DNA of 64,000 bases from Squalus acanthias (taxonomy: Eukaryota). Positions within the stretch are counted from its first letter, which is position 1, and each line of letters opens with the position of its first letter. The stretch spans positions 18,726,001 through 18,790,000 of the forward strand of contig CM059432.1 in assembly GCA_030390025.1 (NCBI GenBank), written 5' to 3'. The notes beneath the pieces are model-generated. The model saw nothing but the letters and a program-made list of their open reading frames with translations. It was not told the DNA's origin and did no database searches. A program made the position numbers and the translations under genes. Shown here piece after piece: positions 12,077-24,010 of the stretch.

Positions 12077-14010
12077 ATGGAGAGGGTGAGAGAACGAGCT
12101 CAGCGCTTCACCGAGCGGGCCTTGGATGCTCTGGTTGGCGTGGTGGAGCGCAGAAGATGTATACTCTTCCCTGAGAGTGGCAGGAGGCCTTTGCCACGCG
12201 AGTACAGAAGAGTGTGGAGGGAGGTGGCTCAGAGCGTCTCCTCCAGGAGCATGGTGCCCAGGACCCATGTTCAATGCCGCAAAAAGTTCAACGACCTCAC
12301 TCGGGTCGTCAGGGTGAGTGGCTTTTTCTCAATACCTCTCCATCCCTCCATCTCAACCTCACTCTATGGCCAGAGGGTCTTAAAACCCCAATGCACAACA
12401 CTCATCCAACACCTATGGCCCTTTCATCAAACACACACACACATTCCACACTTTGCATGCAGTAAGGGCTATTCACCTATGGGAGGCACATCAGGCAAGA
12501 CCATGGCTGCATACAGTAAGGGCTATTCACCTATGGGAGGCACATCAGGCAAGACCATGGCTGCATACAGTAAGGGCTATTCACCTGTGGGAGGCACATC
12601 AGGCAAGACCATGGCTGCATATTGTAAGGGCTATTCACCTATGGGAGGCACATCAGGCAAGACCATGGCTGTATATTGACTCAGATGCTGTCCTTTTTCT
12701 TGCAGGCTAAGCTGGCTCATAATCGGAGACAGCAGCAACGGACGGGTGGAGGGCGGCTTCAGCTGCAACCCCTCAGCGATCTGGAGGAGCGCGTCCACAG
12801 GATTGTGGCAAGCCGGGTGATCGGTCCCGTCGCCACTGGAGACGCCGACCCCGTTGTGGACAGCAATGGTAAGGTCATCACCTTTTTGTCCTCTGTCCTT
12901 CCACTTGTCCCTCACAACACCAGCCTTTGACACTTTCAATCCAACTTGCTAACTCGCTGCACTTATTCCTCCCTTACTGCCACCCTGTCCTCACGCTAAA
13001 GCCACTCTTGTACCTCCCTGCTTTCAGATGGTGATTCACCAGCTGAGGAGATGGTCCCTGAAGCTGCCACTGGGAGTGATGCTGCAGCTGAGGAGGAAGA
13101 GGAAGCCGGAGCATCAGTGCCACCCTCTCCCGAGGAAGCCCATGCCACACTGGGAACACGCCTTCCCTGGAGGGGAGCAGGGGGGAAGGGTCTGATGAGG
13201 GTGAAGCTCCAGGACCCAGCGGGCTGCAGCAACGCCATGGGGGGGGGGGGGAGGGAAGAACGGGAGCCTTCTCCCCGAGGGAGAGTATGCCAGCGACTCC
13301 TACTGCAATGGACGCAGAGGAGGAGCGGCTGATCGCAGAAATGAACAGCCAGGCGGTGGGCATGCACACTGAGCTCATGGGTGCAGTGGGAAGGGTGCCC
13401 GAATGCATTGAGTCACTGGCAAGGAGTGTGGAGCACTTCGCTGTAGCACAGGCGGATGCCACACTAACGCTTACTGCTGCAATTCAGTCACTGACTGCCA
13501 GTGATCCCATCTCTGACTGCTCTCATGCAGACTCAGATTGAGGCCACGCGAGCACTGACTGCTGCCAACCTCGATGGTTCGTTCACATGTCCCCGGGGCT
13601 CTCACCGTGCCGCAGCAGGCCAGCAATCTGTGCTCCAGCAGATTGCTGCGGATGCTGAAGTGCTGCCCCGTGGGAGTGCCAGTGTGTCGGGTGAGCAGGG
13701 AGTTGCTGTCCTCTCTCACGATGACAGCATTCCTGCTGCCAACACTGTCACTTCTCCACTGCACTTGCCACCGCCTGTAGGACAGACTGCTGCCGCCCAT
13801 GCAGAGTTGGTGCAGTCTGCAGCCGGGCCCTCCAGGCCCAGAACTGGTCGAGGCCATCCTTCAGGGGCATCTGCAGTGTCAGGGTCTGACAATCTGCAGC
13901 CTTCCACCAGCCTTGCTGCAGCCACTGAGGTCCCATTACGGAGGAGCAGTAAGGTTAGAAGGGGGGAAGTGCGCAAGGGAAGGAGATCACCCTCGAAGGG
14001 CAAAAAGTAG
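12077..14010 (+). pseudogene. Harbinger Myb/SANT-like DNA-binding protein gene, 3 exons (12077-12313, 12706-12868, 13028-14010), exon 3 frameshifted
   Basis: RAQRFTERALDALV...VWREVAQSV...RTHVQCRKKFNDL trihelix motif; donors GTGAGT and GTAAGG, acceptors TTGCAG and TTTCAG; AHNRRQQQRTGGG motif. Confidence 0.88.
12460..12675 (+). repeat. 54-bp minisatellite, 4 units, in intron 1 of the Myb gene
   Basis: Unit CAGTAAGGGCTATTCACCTATGGGAGGCACATCAGGCAAGACCATGGCTGCATA. Confidence 0.95.
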
Positions 14011-14321
14011 GAGGTGTGACAAAATGCTGGTCATTTTTTTATTAGAGGCCGAGGTTCGTGGTCCAACTTTTGTCGAGTGTTTTGGACATTATCGGCAGGT
14101 TGTGAGAACCAGTTATGTTAATGACTTTTTTTTGTGTTTATTTCTATGAGTTTGTCATGAGGAAATGACACACACAGAGTTTATAAAATAAATAAGTTTT
14201 TGTATTCAAAATATACATGTTTGGTGTTTGGAATCATTGGTGCCTTGGCCGGCTTAGGGGTTGCGTGCTGGGTTCATTGATGTTGTTAGCAATGGCAGAA
14301 GCCATTTCCACAGCAGGGGCC

Positions 14322-15482
14322 CTAGAAGCGGCTTGCTATCAGCCGTTGACGGACGGCCCTTGCAGTTTCACCATTGTGGGCCGCCCTCCCGCCTTGGTGC
14401 TGCTGATTATCATCCTCCTCGTCCTCTTCCTCCTCTTCCTCCTCCTCCTCTGGTGGTGCGCCAAGGCCTGGTGGCATTGGCTGGGTCCTGACGATTGCCA
14501 TGTTATGCAACATGCAGCACACAACTACGAAGTTGGATACTCGCTCAGGCGAGTACTGCAGGGCTCCTCCAGAATGGTCGAGACAGCGGAACCGTTGCTT
14601 CAGCACGCCGATTGTGCGCTCAATGATGTTCCTGGTAGCTTGATGGCTCTCGTTGTACCGCAGCTCAGCAGGGGTGTTGGGCATACGGAGCGGTGTCATC
14701 AGCCAGGTGCTCAATGGATACCCCTTGTCCCCGAGAAGCCAACCAACTGGCTGATGCGGTGCCTCGAAAAGTTCTGCCACAGTAGTCTGGCGCAGGATGA
14801 AAGCATCGTGGCAGCTGCAAGGATAGTGGGCATTGACAGCGAGTATCAGCTGTCTGTGGTCACAGACCAACTGAACATTCAAGGAATGGAACCCCTTTCT
14901 GTTCCGGAATTCCTCGGCATTCTCATCGCGGAGCACGCAAAGCCACATGCGTGCAGTCAATGGCGCCCTGCACCATGGGGAAGCCCGCTACCCTCGCAAA
15001 GCCCATAGCACGGTCATGCTGCTTGTCTGGGGTCATAGGGAAGGAGATGAAGTCTCGTCTCCTTGTGAAGAGGGCATTGGTGACCTGCCGGATGCAGCGA
15101 TGCACCGCAAACTGGGAGATATTGGCGAGGTCCCCAACAGCAGCTTGAAATGAGCCAGTGGCGTAGAAGTTCAAGCCACTGTGACCTTCACTGCCACCGA
15201 CAGAGACGTCCTGGACCTCAGCTGAGGCTGCAGATCTGGCTGCAGCAGGTGGCAGAGCTCAGTGACCACCTCCTTGCTGAATCGCAGCCTTCGCAAACAC
15301 AGCTCCTCGGACATGTGGATGTAGGAGAGCTGTTCACGATATACCCTGGGAGGGTAAGCTCTCCTGTACATGCGCCTGATGGCCCTCCTCCGTCTGGCCA
15401 TCATTGCCACTCTCTGTCTGCGTCTCACTTTCCTCCGATTGAGCTGGAGCAGGACGACGCCCCCAATCATTGCAGCCCCCAT
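14322..15482 (-). pseudogene. HARBI1-like DDE transposase of copy 1, two frameshifts
   Basis: ORFs 15171-15482, 14923-15174 and 14322-14960: [43 protein letters not shown], acidic tail. Confidence 0.92.
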
Positions 15483-16699
15483 ATTCTCTTTGCCAGCAAA
15501 GTAATGAGGTACAGCAACGAAAGTAGCAGCGAAGTTAGGATGAACTAGGCAAAACTACCTCACAAAGCGTTGAGTCAATGTAGAAGTCTCTCTCTCTCTC
15601 TCCGAATCTCTCTCTCTCTCTCAGAACGAGTGGTGCAAAAATGTCGACCACAGAAAAAGACAGGAAGAGGCCCCCTTTAAATAGCGCCCCCCCCAGCCCC
15701 ACAGCGATTGATAACGTTCCAGTCTTCCGGTCGTTGGAAGCGCCAGGCGGTAAGGCAGGGGGCGCCACTCAATTTCCGCTCCGGGGCGCCCCAAGGGCGT
15801 TGCACCACGGAATGACGTCACAATCTGCGCGCGCAGGTGGTCGCAGCGGTAAGTTTTAGCGCCGCCGCACAATCTCAAGTTAAGTTCTCGAGCGGCGCAA
15901 ACAGCGCTGCGCCCGGGCGTTAGCGCCTTAACGCCCCATTAGCGCCCATTTAAGGCGCTAACGGGAGGCGCAACCAACTGAATTTTTACCCCTATGACTC
16001 TAACTTTACTGCCAACCCTTTAAGATTAGGTTTCTGATTCCGACTGCTGCATTCTGCAGTTTAAGCATCTAACAGACTCCCTCATATTGTGTAGTTTAGC
16101 ACGTTGGTTAATGCCCTTAAATTATTCTTAACTGTTTGATGCTGTCTCATGATAATGTCTGAAATGTAGACAAAAGTGATTTATCAAAACTAATGTTCAA
16201 AATGAACTCTTCCAACTGATTTAAAAAGCGGAGTACATTCCATAGTTCTTTGTTATTCTCATAAGGGAAGTTGTTCCATTAGAGCTTGGAGAACAGAGAA
16301 TCTCACTGGCAGCCTCTAATGATTTAGTTACAGCACGACAAAAATTATAATTGCTGGAGGAGCATTTGCTATCTGCAGGACTTCTAAAGGGAATCTTTTT
16401 ATCTCCATTTCTCATTCTATCACAATGTTTCTGACACCCCTGAAATGTGAAGCTAACCAAAATGATGCTCTTGGGGTTATATGAACCTGTAGACCAATCC
16501 ACGACTTAATTATTCTTCACTTGTGGGAAATGTATTTAAAGCTTGAATCCAGCTCTTTAATTTGTAGAACTATTAAGGACATTTACAGGGTAGAATACGA
16601 GCAATCTGTCACAATGCTGCTGCAAAAAAATAATGTTTGGAACCTAAACAGCGATTCTGTTTGTTGAAATTATATCTGGAACATAGACAAACTTCTACT

Positions 16700-16812
16700 G
16701 GATAATGCAATGGGTGGGACATTGTCCTTTTCCCTCAGGGACCGGGTTCACATCTAACCCAGATTGATGGGATAGAAGTCACCTGTCTGTTAGCTGTAAG
16801 GGTCCCATGTAT
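16700..16812 (+). mobile_element. Degenerate LF-SINE-like tRNA-derived head
   Basis: CCTTTTCCCTCAGGGACCGGGTTCACATCTAACCCAG resembles the LF-SINE 5' region as I recall it; B-box-like GGTTCACATC. Confidence 0.45.
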
Positions 16813-16854
16813 AAGAAGGTTCTTTGTTGTGTTAAGTTATATGAAAGTTTACTT

Positions 16855-17279
16855 CAGTTATGTGGAGAAATTAGAAAAGCTGGGATTGTTCACCTTAGAC
16901 TAGAGAAGGTTAAAGGTAGATTTAATAAAGGTTTTCAAAATTATGAGGGGTTTTGATGGAGTAAATAGGGAGAAACTGTTTCCACTGGCAGGAGGGTCAG
17001 TAACCAGAGGACACAGGTTTAAGGTCATTGGCAAAAGAACCAGAGGGGAGATGATGAGATTTTTTTTTATGCAGCGAGTTGTTATGATCTGGAATGCACT
17101 GCCTGAAAGGGTGGTGGAAGCAGGTTCAAAAGGGAATTGGATAGATACTTGAACTGGAAAATATTGCAGGGCTATGGGGAAAGAGCTGGGGAGCGGGACT
17201 AATTGGATAGCTCTTTCAAAGCGCACAGCACAGGCACGATGCCCCGAATGGCCTCCTTCTGTGCTGTATGATTCTATGA
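16855..17279 (+). mobile_element. CR1 3' fragment
   Basis: EKLFPLAGGSVTRGHRFKV...WNALP; (ATGATTCT)n tail. Confidence 0.85.
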
Positions 17280-18439
17280 AGATTGGGCAGTATCAATACA
17301 GTTACACGTTGCGCTAGTTTTGAGAAGTGTTTTTTTTCTCTCTCGAGTTTCCACTCAAACATCATTTGCATATTGGCAAATATAAAATCTGCCATGAACC
17401 AGCGCAATCGGGCAGTGTTTTAGAACGACATTTTTGAAAAACATTGTTGCTTTAAAATTATTGCCATTAATTACTGCCATGTTAGCTTCTTTCCACTCCT
17501 TCAGAATTACACTCATTTCTAATGATTCCTTAAGGATACTGGCAAGGACATGACTGAATTAGTTGGCCAATTCTTTAGATTCCCTTGTACTAAGTCCAAT
17601 GGTGACTTTTCTTTATTTAAATTCTACCACCTATCAGTACAGGGGGAAAATGCAATAGTGGAAGTAAAGATAATTTCACGTTATCTGAAATTTCCATTTG
17701 TTTTAGTAGTTCCAGATCGGTGCTGTGTGTATCTGGGTCCCACTCCACCTGCCCTGAAAGCACTCCAAAGATGCAGCAGTTTGAGGCCCACCATAATGTG
17801 ATCACCAAATTGTTCACTGACTCTGACCCGCTCTACAGTTTCTAGTTGTTACTCAATATCAGGTCTAATAGCATGCCTGCTCAAATGGTTTCCTTACTTC
17901 AATTGTTCCACGTTAACAATCCAGTATTGTGTCCAAGATCATGTTTTCACTCCTATTGCACCCATTATAGATTTTCCAGTCTCGCTTGTCAATTGAAAGC
18001 ATCCACAACAAAAGCATCTGTCCCTGTACATCTTTCCCCTGTTTGTTTATATAAGTTCAATCTCTCCTCCTAACCTGATACTGTGCCAGATGCTCATAAT
18101 TACTTTCCTTTCCCTCATACAATCCACTAGATTAGACGGGTCAATCTCCGTTATAATCAAGTTCTCTTTCACATCAAAGGTTCAACTCCCTCACAGTTTG
18201 TCTTTTCTATGACGTAATCTGTTTCCTGCAATCAGCAATTTCCTACTCCCACCACTACTGTATCTCCTTACACTTGACTTGGTCTGCATCTAAATTTGCA
18301 ACTAATGATGCAAGTGAGCTGACCCAGGAAATTTGAGTGCCTATTACCATTCAGGCAGAATTAACACTACTTCTTAACCTTTGAGACATGAATTGCACCA
18401 GTAGGGGAAGAACAGCCTGTCTAATCTGTTTCTCCGTAA

Positions 18440-18552
18440 CATGTTCAGCATATTGCAACAGGAGTAATCAAGGAGTGGAGCATAAACACTGGCATGGACC
18501 AGTTGGGCCGAATGTCCTGTTTCTGTGGTGTAAATTCTATGTAATTCTATCT
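18440..18552 (+). mobile_element. CR1 3' UTR/tail remnant
   Basis: GGGCCGAATG...TGTAAATTCTATGTAATTCTAT. Confidence 0.65.
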
Positions 18553-21285
18553 AAAAACAGCTAACCTTGAGGTCCTCAACTTAAAGTTTAGAACCTAACT
18601 CAAAAAACCTGTCTGCATGACCTTCACCCAACTCCTCTTTTATGTTATTGCTATTGACAAACATTCACTACAAACCCACCGACTCCCACAGCTACCTGGA
18701 CTACACTTCCTCCCACCCCGTTTCCTGTAAGGACTCTATTCCATTCTCCCATTTTCTCCGTCTCCGCCGTATCTGCTCTGACGATGCCACCTTCCATAAC
18801 AGTGCTGCCGACATGTCTTCCTTTTTCCTCAAATGAGGATTCCCCTCTACTGTGGTTGACACAGCCCTTGACCGTGTCCATTCTATTTCCCGCACTTTTG
18901 CTCTCACCCCTTCCCCTCCCTCCCGGAACCACGATAGGGTTCCCCTTGTCCTCACCTTTCACCCCACCAGCCTCCACATTCAACGGATCATCCTCTGCCA
19001 TAGAAACATAGAAACATAGAAGATAGCAGCAGGAGTAGGCCATTCGGCCCCTCGAGCCTGCTCCACCATTTAATGAGATCATGGTTGATCATCCAAATTC
19101 AGTACCCTGTCCCTGCTTTCTCTCCATATCCCTTGATCCCTTTAGCCTTAAAAAATATATCTATCTCCTTCTTGAATATATTTAATGAATTGGCCTCAAC
19201 TGCCTTGTGTGGTAGAGAATTCCACAGGTTCACCACTCTCTGGGTGAAGAAATTCCTCCTCATCTCAGTCCTAAATGGCTTATCCCTTATCCTTAGACTG
19301 TGACTCCTGGTTCTGGACTCCCCCGCCATTGGGAACATCCTTCCTGCATCTAGTCTGTCTAGTCCTGTTAGAATTTTATAAGTTTCAATGAGATCCCCTC
19401 TCATTCTTCTAAACTCTAGCGAATACAAGTCCAATCATCCCAATCTCTCTTCATACGTCATTCCTGCCATCCCAGGTATCAGTCTGGTGAATCTTCGCTG
19501 CACTCCCTCCATGGCAAGAACATCCTTCCGCAGATAAGGCGACCAAAAACTGCACACAACACTCAAGGTGTGGTCTCACCAAGGCCCTGTACAACTGCAG
19601 CAAGACATCCTTGCTCCTGTACGCGAATCCTCTCGCTATGAAGGCCAACATACCATTTGCCTTCTTAATTGCCTGCTGCACCTGCATGCTTACCTTCAGC
19701 AACTGGTGCACAAGGACACCCAGGTCTCGTTGCACTTCCCCTTTTCCCAATCTATTGCCGTTTAGATAATAATCTGCCTTCCTGTTTTTGCCACCAAAGT
19801 GAATAACCTCGCATTTATCCACATTGGGCAGATGCATGGCAGATGCAGTATAATCACCCAACTTGTCCAAATCATACTGGAGTTTCTCTGCATCCTCCTC
19901 ACAACACACACGCCCACCCAGCTTTGTGTCGTCTGCAAACTTGGAGATATTACAATTAGTTCCCTCGTCTAGATCATTAATATATATTGTGAATAACTGG
20001 GGTCCTAGCACCGATCCCTGCGGTACCCCACTAGTCACTGCCTGCCACTCGGAAAAAGACTCGTTTATTCCAACTCTTTGCTTCCTGTCTGCCAACCAGT
20101 TCTCTATTCAAGTCAGTACCCTACCCCCAATTCCATGTGCTTTAACTTTGCACGCCAATCTCTTATGCGGGACCTTATCGAAAGCCTTCTGAAAGTCCAA
20201 ATACACCACATCCACTGGTTCTCCCTTATCTATTCTACCAGTTACATCCTCAAAAAATTCCAGTAGATTAGTCAAGCATGATTTCCCTTTTGTAAATCCA
20301 TGTTGACTTTGTCCGGTCCTGTCACTGTTTTCCAAGTGCTCTGCTATTACATCTTTTATAATGGACTCTAGCATTTTGCCCACTACCGATGTCAGGCTTA
20401 CCGGTCTATAATTCCCCGTTTTCTCTCTCCCACCTTTTTTAAATAGTGGGGTTACATTAGCTACCCTCCAAACCATGGGAACTGTTCCAGAGTCTATAGA
20501 ATTTTGGAAGATGACCAGCAATGCATCTACTATTTCTAGGGCCACTTCCTTAAGTACCCTAGGATGTAGATTATCAGGCCCTGGGGATTTATCGGCCTTT
20601 AATCCCGTCAATTTCCCTAACACCATTTCCCTACAAATACTGATTTCATTCAGTTCTTCCCTCTCATTAGACCCTATGTTCCCCGACATCTCTGGGAGGT
20701 TATTTGTGTCCTCCTTTGTGAAGACAGAACCAAAGTATGTATTTAATTGGTCTGCCATTTCTTTGTTCCCCATTATAAATTCCCCTGATTCTGACTGCAA
20801 GGGACCTACGCTTGACTTCACCAATCTTTTTCTCTTCACATATCTATAGAAGCTTTTACAGTCAGTTTTTATGTTCCCTGCAAGCTTACTCTCATACTCT
20901 ATTTTCCCCCTCTTAATTAATCCCTTTGTCCTCCTTTGCTGAATCCTAAACTGCTCCCAATCCTCAGGTTTGCTGCTTTTTCTGGCCAATTTATGTGACC
21001 TCTCCTTGGATCTTATGCTATCCCTAATTTTCCTTGTTAGCCACGGTTGAGTCACCTTTTTTGTTTTATTTTTATGCCAAACAGGGATGAACAAATTCTG
21101 TAGTTCATCCATGCGATCTTTCAATGTTTGCCATTGCCTATCCACCGTCAACCCTTTAAGTAACGCTCCCCAATCCATCCTAGCCAACTCGCGCCTCATA
21201 CCATCATAGTTTCCTTTATTTAAATTCAGAACCCTAGTCTCTGAGTCAACTACTTCACTCTCCATCTTAATGAAGAATTCGATCA

Positions 21286-22390
21286 ACCGAGGATTCCCCT
21301 CTACCGTGGTCGACACGGCCCTCGACCGTGTCCGTTCTATCTCCCGCACTTCTGCCCTCACCCCTGCTCCTCCCTCCCGGAACCACGATAGGGTTCCCCT
21401 TGTCCTCACCTTTCACCCCACCAGCCTCCACATTCAACGGATCATCCTCCGCCATTTCCGCCACCTCCAGCGTGATCCCACCACCAAACACATCTTCCCC
21501 TCACCTCCCCTTTCAGCATTCCGCAGGGACCGCTCCCTCCGCGACACCCTAGTCCACTCCTCTACCACCCCCAGCACCCCTTCCCCTTCGCCCGGCACCT
21601 TCCCGTGCACGCGCAGGAGATGCAACACATGCCCTTACACCTCCCCTCTTCCCACTGTCCAGGGCCCCAAACACCCCTTCCAGGTGAAACAGCGATTTAC
21701 TTGTACTTCCTGCAATTTAGTATACTGTATTCGCTGCTCACGATGTGGTCTCCTCTACATTGGGGAGACCAAACGCAGATTGGGTGACCGCTTTGCGGAA
21801 CACCTCCGTTCAGTCCGTAAGGGGGACCCCGAGCTCCCGGTGGCCTGTCACTTTAATTCACCGCTTCACTCCCACTCTGACCTCATCGTCCTCGGCCTAT
21901 TACACTGTTCCACGGAAGCGCAGCGTAAGCTCGAGGAACAGCACCTCATCTTTCGTTTAGGCACGCTACAGCCCTCTGGACTCAATATCGAGTTCAACAA
22001 TTTTAGATCATAACCTCAGCTCCAATCACATTTATATTTTATTTTTTCCATCCTTTTATTTGCCCCCCCCCACCTTTTTTTTCCTCCTAGAAGCTGGCAG
22101 CTGTCCTTCATTCTGCCAGTGGATTTCACACTTCTTTCAGCCTTAATCTGTCACATTAACACCACCTCTAGCCTTGCATATCTCTTAATGTCTCTTAATG
22201 TCTCTTCATCTCCCCCTTTGTTCTTTTATCCCCTCCCCCTTTTCCCAGCTTTACTCTGGCCTTAAATCTATTTGATTTCCGGCTCTTCACAGTTCTGACG
22301 AAAGGTCATCGACCTGAAACGTTAACTCTCTTTCTCTCTCCACGGATGCTGCCTGGCCTGCTGAGTTTTTCCAGCGTTTTCTGTTGTTAT
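21286..22390 (+). mobile_element. Penelope-like element 3' portion with GIY-YIG endonuclease; TSD TTCGATCA
   Basis: ORF to 22013: CTRRRCNTC, NLVYCIRCSRCGLLYIGETKRRLGDRFAEH, GLN. TSD at 21278-21285 and 22391-22398. Confidence 0.92.
22291..22327 (+). ncRNA. Minimal type I hammerhead ribozyme motif in Penelope tail
   Basis: AGTT-CTGACGA-A-AGGTC-ATC-GACCT-GAAA-CGTT-AACT: catalytic boxes, 5-bp stem II, 4-bp stem I, palindromic ACGT in place of stem III. Confidence 0.75.
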
Positions 22391-23184
22391 TTCGATCATA
22401 TTATGATTGCTCCTCCCCAAGGGGCCTCGTACAACAAGATTGCTAATTAATCCTTTCTCATTACATAATACCCAATCTAAGATGGCCTGATCTGTAGTTG
22501 GTTCCTCGACATATTGGTCCAGGAAACCATCCCATATACACTCTAGGAATTCCTCCTCCACCATATTGTTACTAATTTGGTTAGCCCAATCTATATGTAG
22601 ATTAAAGTCACCCATGATAACTGCATTGCCCTTATTGCACACATCTCTAATTTCCCATTTAATTCCATCCCCAACCTCAGCATTACTGTTTGGGGGTCTG
22701 TATGCAACTCCCACTAATGTTTTCTGCCCCTTGGTATTTCTCAGCTCTACCCATACAGATTCCACATCATCAGAGCTAATATCCTTCCTTACTATTGTGT
22801 TAATCTCCTCTTTAACCAGCAATGCTACCCCACCTCCTTTTCCTTTTTGCCTGTCCCTCCTGAATATTGAATACCCCACCACCTCCAGACCATTTCAGAC
22901 CATAACCTCTGCCCCTATCTTTTTTTTCCATTTCTTTTTCTCTCTCTCACATGGCAGCTGTCTTTCATTCTGCCATCGCCATTTACACTTCATCTAGAGC
23001 CATCTTTTGTTTCTTAACTTGTCCCATTACCATCTCCTTTTGCCTCGCACCATCATCCCTTTTGTCTCTTAATCTCTCCTGCCTTCCATCCTATCACAGA
23101 CCTTCCCTTTTGCTCTTTCCTCCCCTCCTCCCTTTCCCTGCCCCTACACTTGCTCAAAAATCCGTTCCATCTCCAACTTTTTCC

Positions 23185-23221
23185 AGTTCTGACGAAGGGT
23201 CATCGACCTGAAATATTAACT
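23185..23221 (+). ncRNA. Second minimal hammerhead motif (outer Penelope tail)
   Basis: AGTT-CTGACGA-A-GGGTC-ATC-GACCT-GAAA-TATT-AACT. Confidence 0.65.
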
Positions 23222-23242
23222 CTCTTTCTCTCTCCGCAGATG

Positions 23243-24010
23243 TGTAAGATTCTGAAAAATGTAATAAAACCACTGCTACCGTGTGGACATCGAAATTGCG
23301 AACAAATTGTAAGATGATAACGGACGGATTCAAAATGTAGGAAATCAGCATGTGTTCTTTGTTTGTGAAGAGACAAAATGGCAGAAGTCAGAAGGGGGTC
23401 CTTTGCCTGGTGGTCAGAATGTGTTCTTTGTTTGAGAGGCCACCTGGACAAGAAGGAAGAACATGATTGACAAGGAAGTCCCGCCCCCATACATCTCACA
23501 GGAGCAGGAACATGTCATGTGGAAGGAACTCCAATCGGGGAAGGTTTGGAGTGAACCTGACCTATCAGAGGGAGGCAAAGAGTAATTTACAATAGAAGAG
23601 GCCTTTTCACAGAAATAACCCAGGAGCGGGAGTTTTTCAAGATCACAGAAGGAACACAGAAGACAGAGCAGGGGGGAGAATGAGCAGAGAAAGCTGGCCA
23701 GTCTATGGTTCATCTCACAATTTCTCTGGACCAATCACCCAGAGATAAAGGAGTATGTATGAAAGTCAGACATAAGCTTAGATGTTGTTAAAAGGGTACT
23801 TTTATGTACATCTGAATTATTAACTTGCAGGCATATTTATTGTCGAGAATTCTTTGAATCTATTGCCAAAGGTGCTTCTATTCTATGCACTCTCGAATTT
23901 CGAACTATAGTGTGAATAAAGACCAATTTTATTGATCACATTCTTGTCTGTCATTGTTAAGCTAATTCGTAATTCTCGAGGTCCGAACAGTAGTAAGAGA
24001 AAGACTTACA
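23243..24010 (+). mobile_element. 768-bp solo LTR with 4-bp TSD GATG
   Basis: Perfect TGTAAG...CTTACA termini; GATG at 23239-23242 and 24011-24014; AATAAA near 23915; host tail reads through when the insert is removed. Confidence 0.9.

Larger units (their letters stand above)
11719..15992. mobile_element. Full-length PIF/Harbinger DNA transposon, copy 1 (4274 bp)
   Basis: TIRs GGGGTAGAAATT / AATTTTTACCCC; TSD TAT (11716-11718, 15993-15995); Myb/SANT gene on + and transposase on -. Confidence 0.95.
18999..22876 (-). mobile_element. 5'-truncated CR1 LINE (ORF2 APE and RT)
   Basis: Minus ORFs 22322, 20108, 19451 and 19099; (TTTCTATG)n tail at 18999. Confidence 0.9.

Noticed and set aside
12460..12675. 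Regular repeats resembling a CRISPR array
   Set aside because: Head-to-tail 54-bp units with no unique spacers, inside a spliceosomal intron.
14217..15008. 263-aa ORF with a hydrophobic Leu-rich stretch (also 31894-32508)
   Set aside because: Antisense shadow of the transposase; the hydrophobic run mirrors the poly-Glu codons.
16221..16502. Possible host exon on the minus strand (TTTCAG acceptor at ~16440)
   Set aside because: No recognisable protein similarity or partner exons; cannot be supported without a search.
20108..21409. 433-aa ORF as a novel fusion protein
   Set aside because: Chance read-through from antisense Penelope sequence into CR1 ORF2 at the insertion junction.
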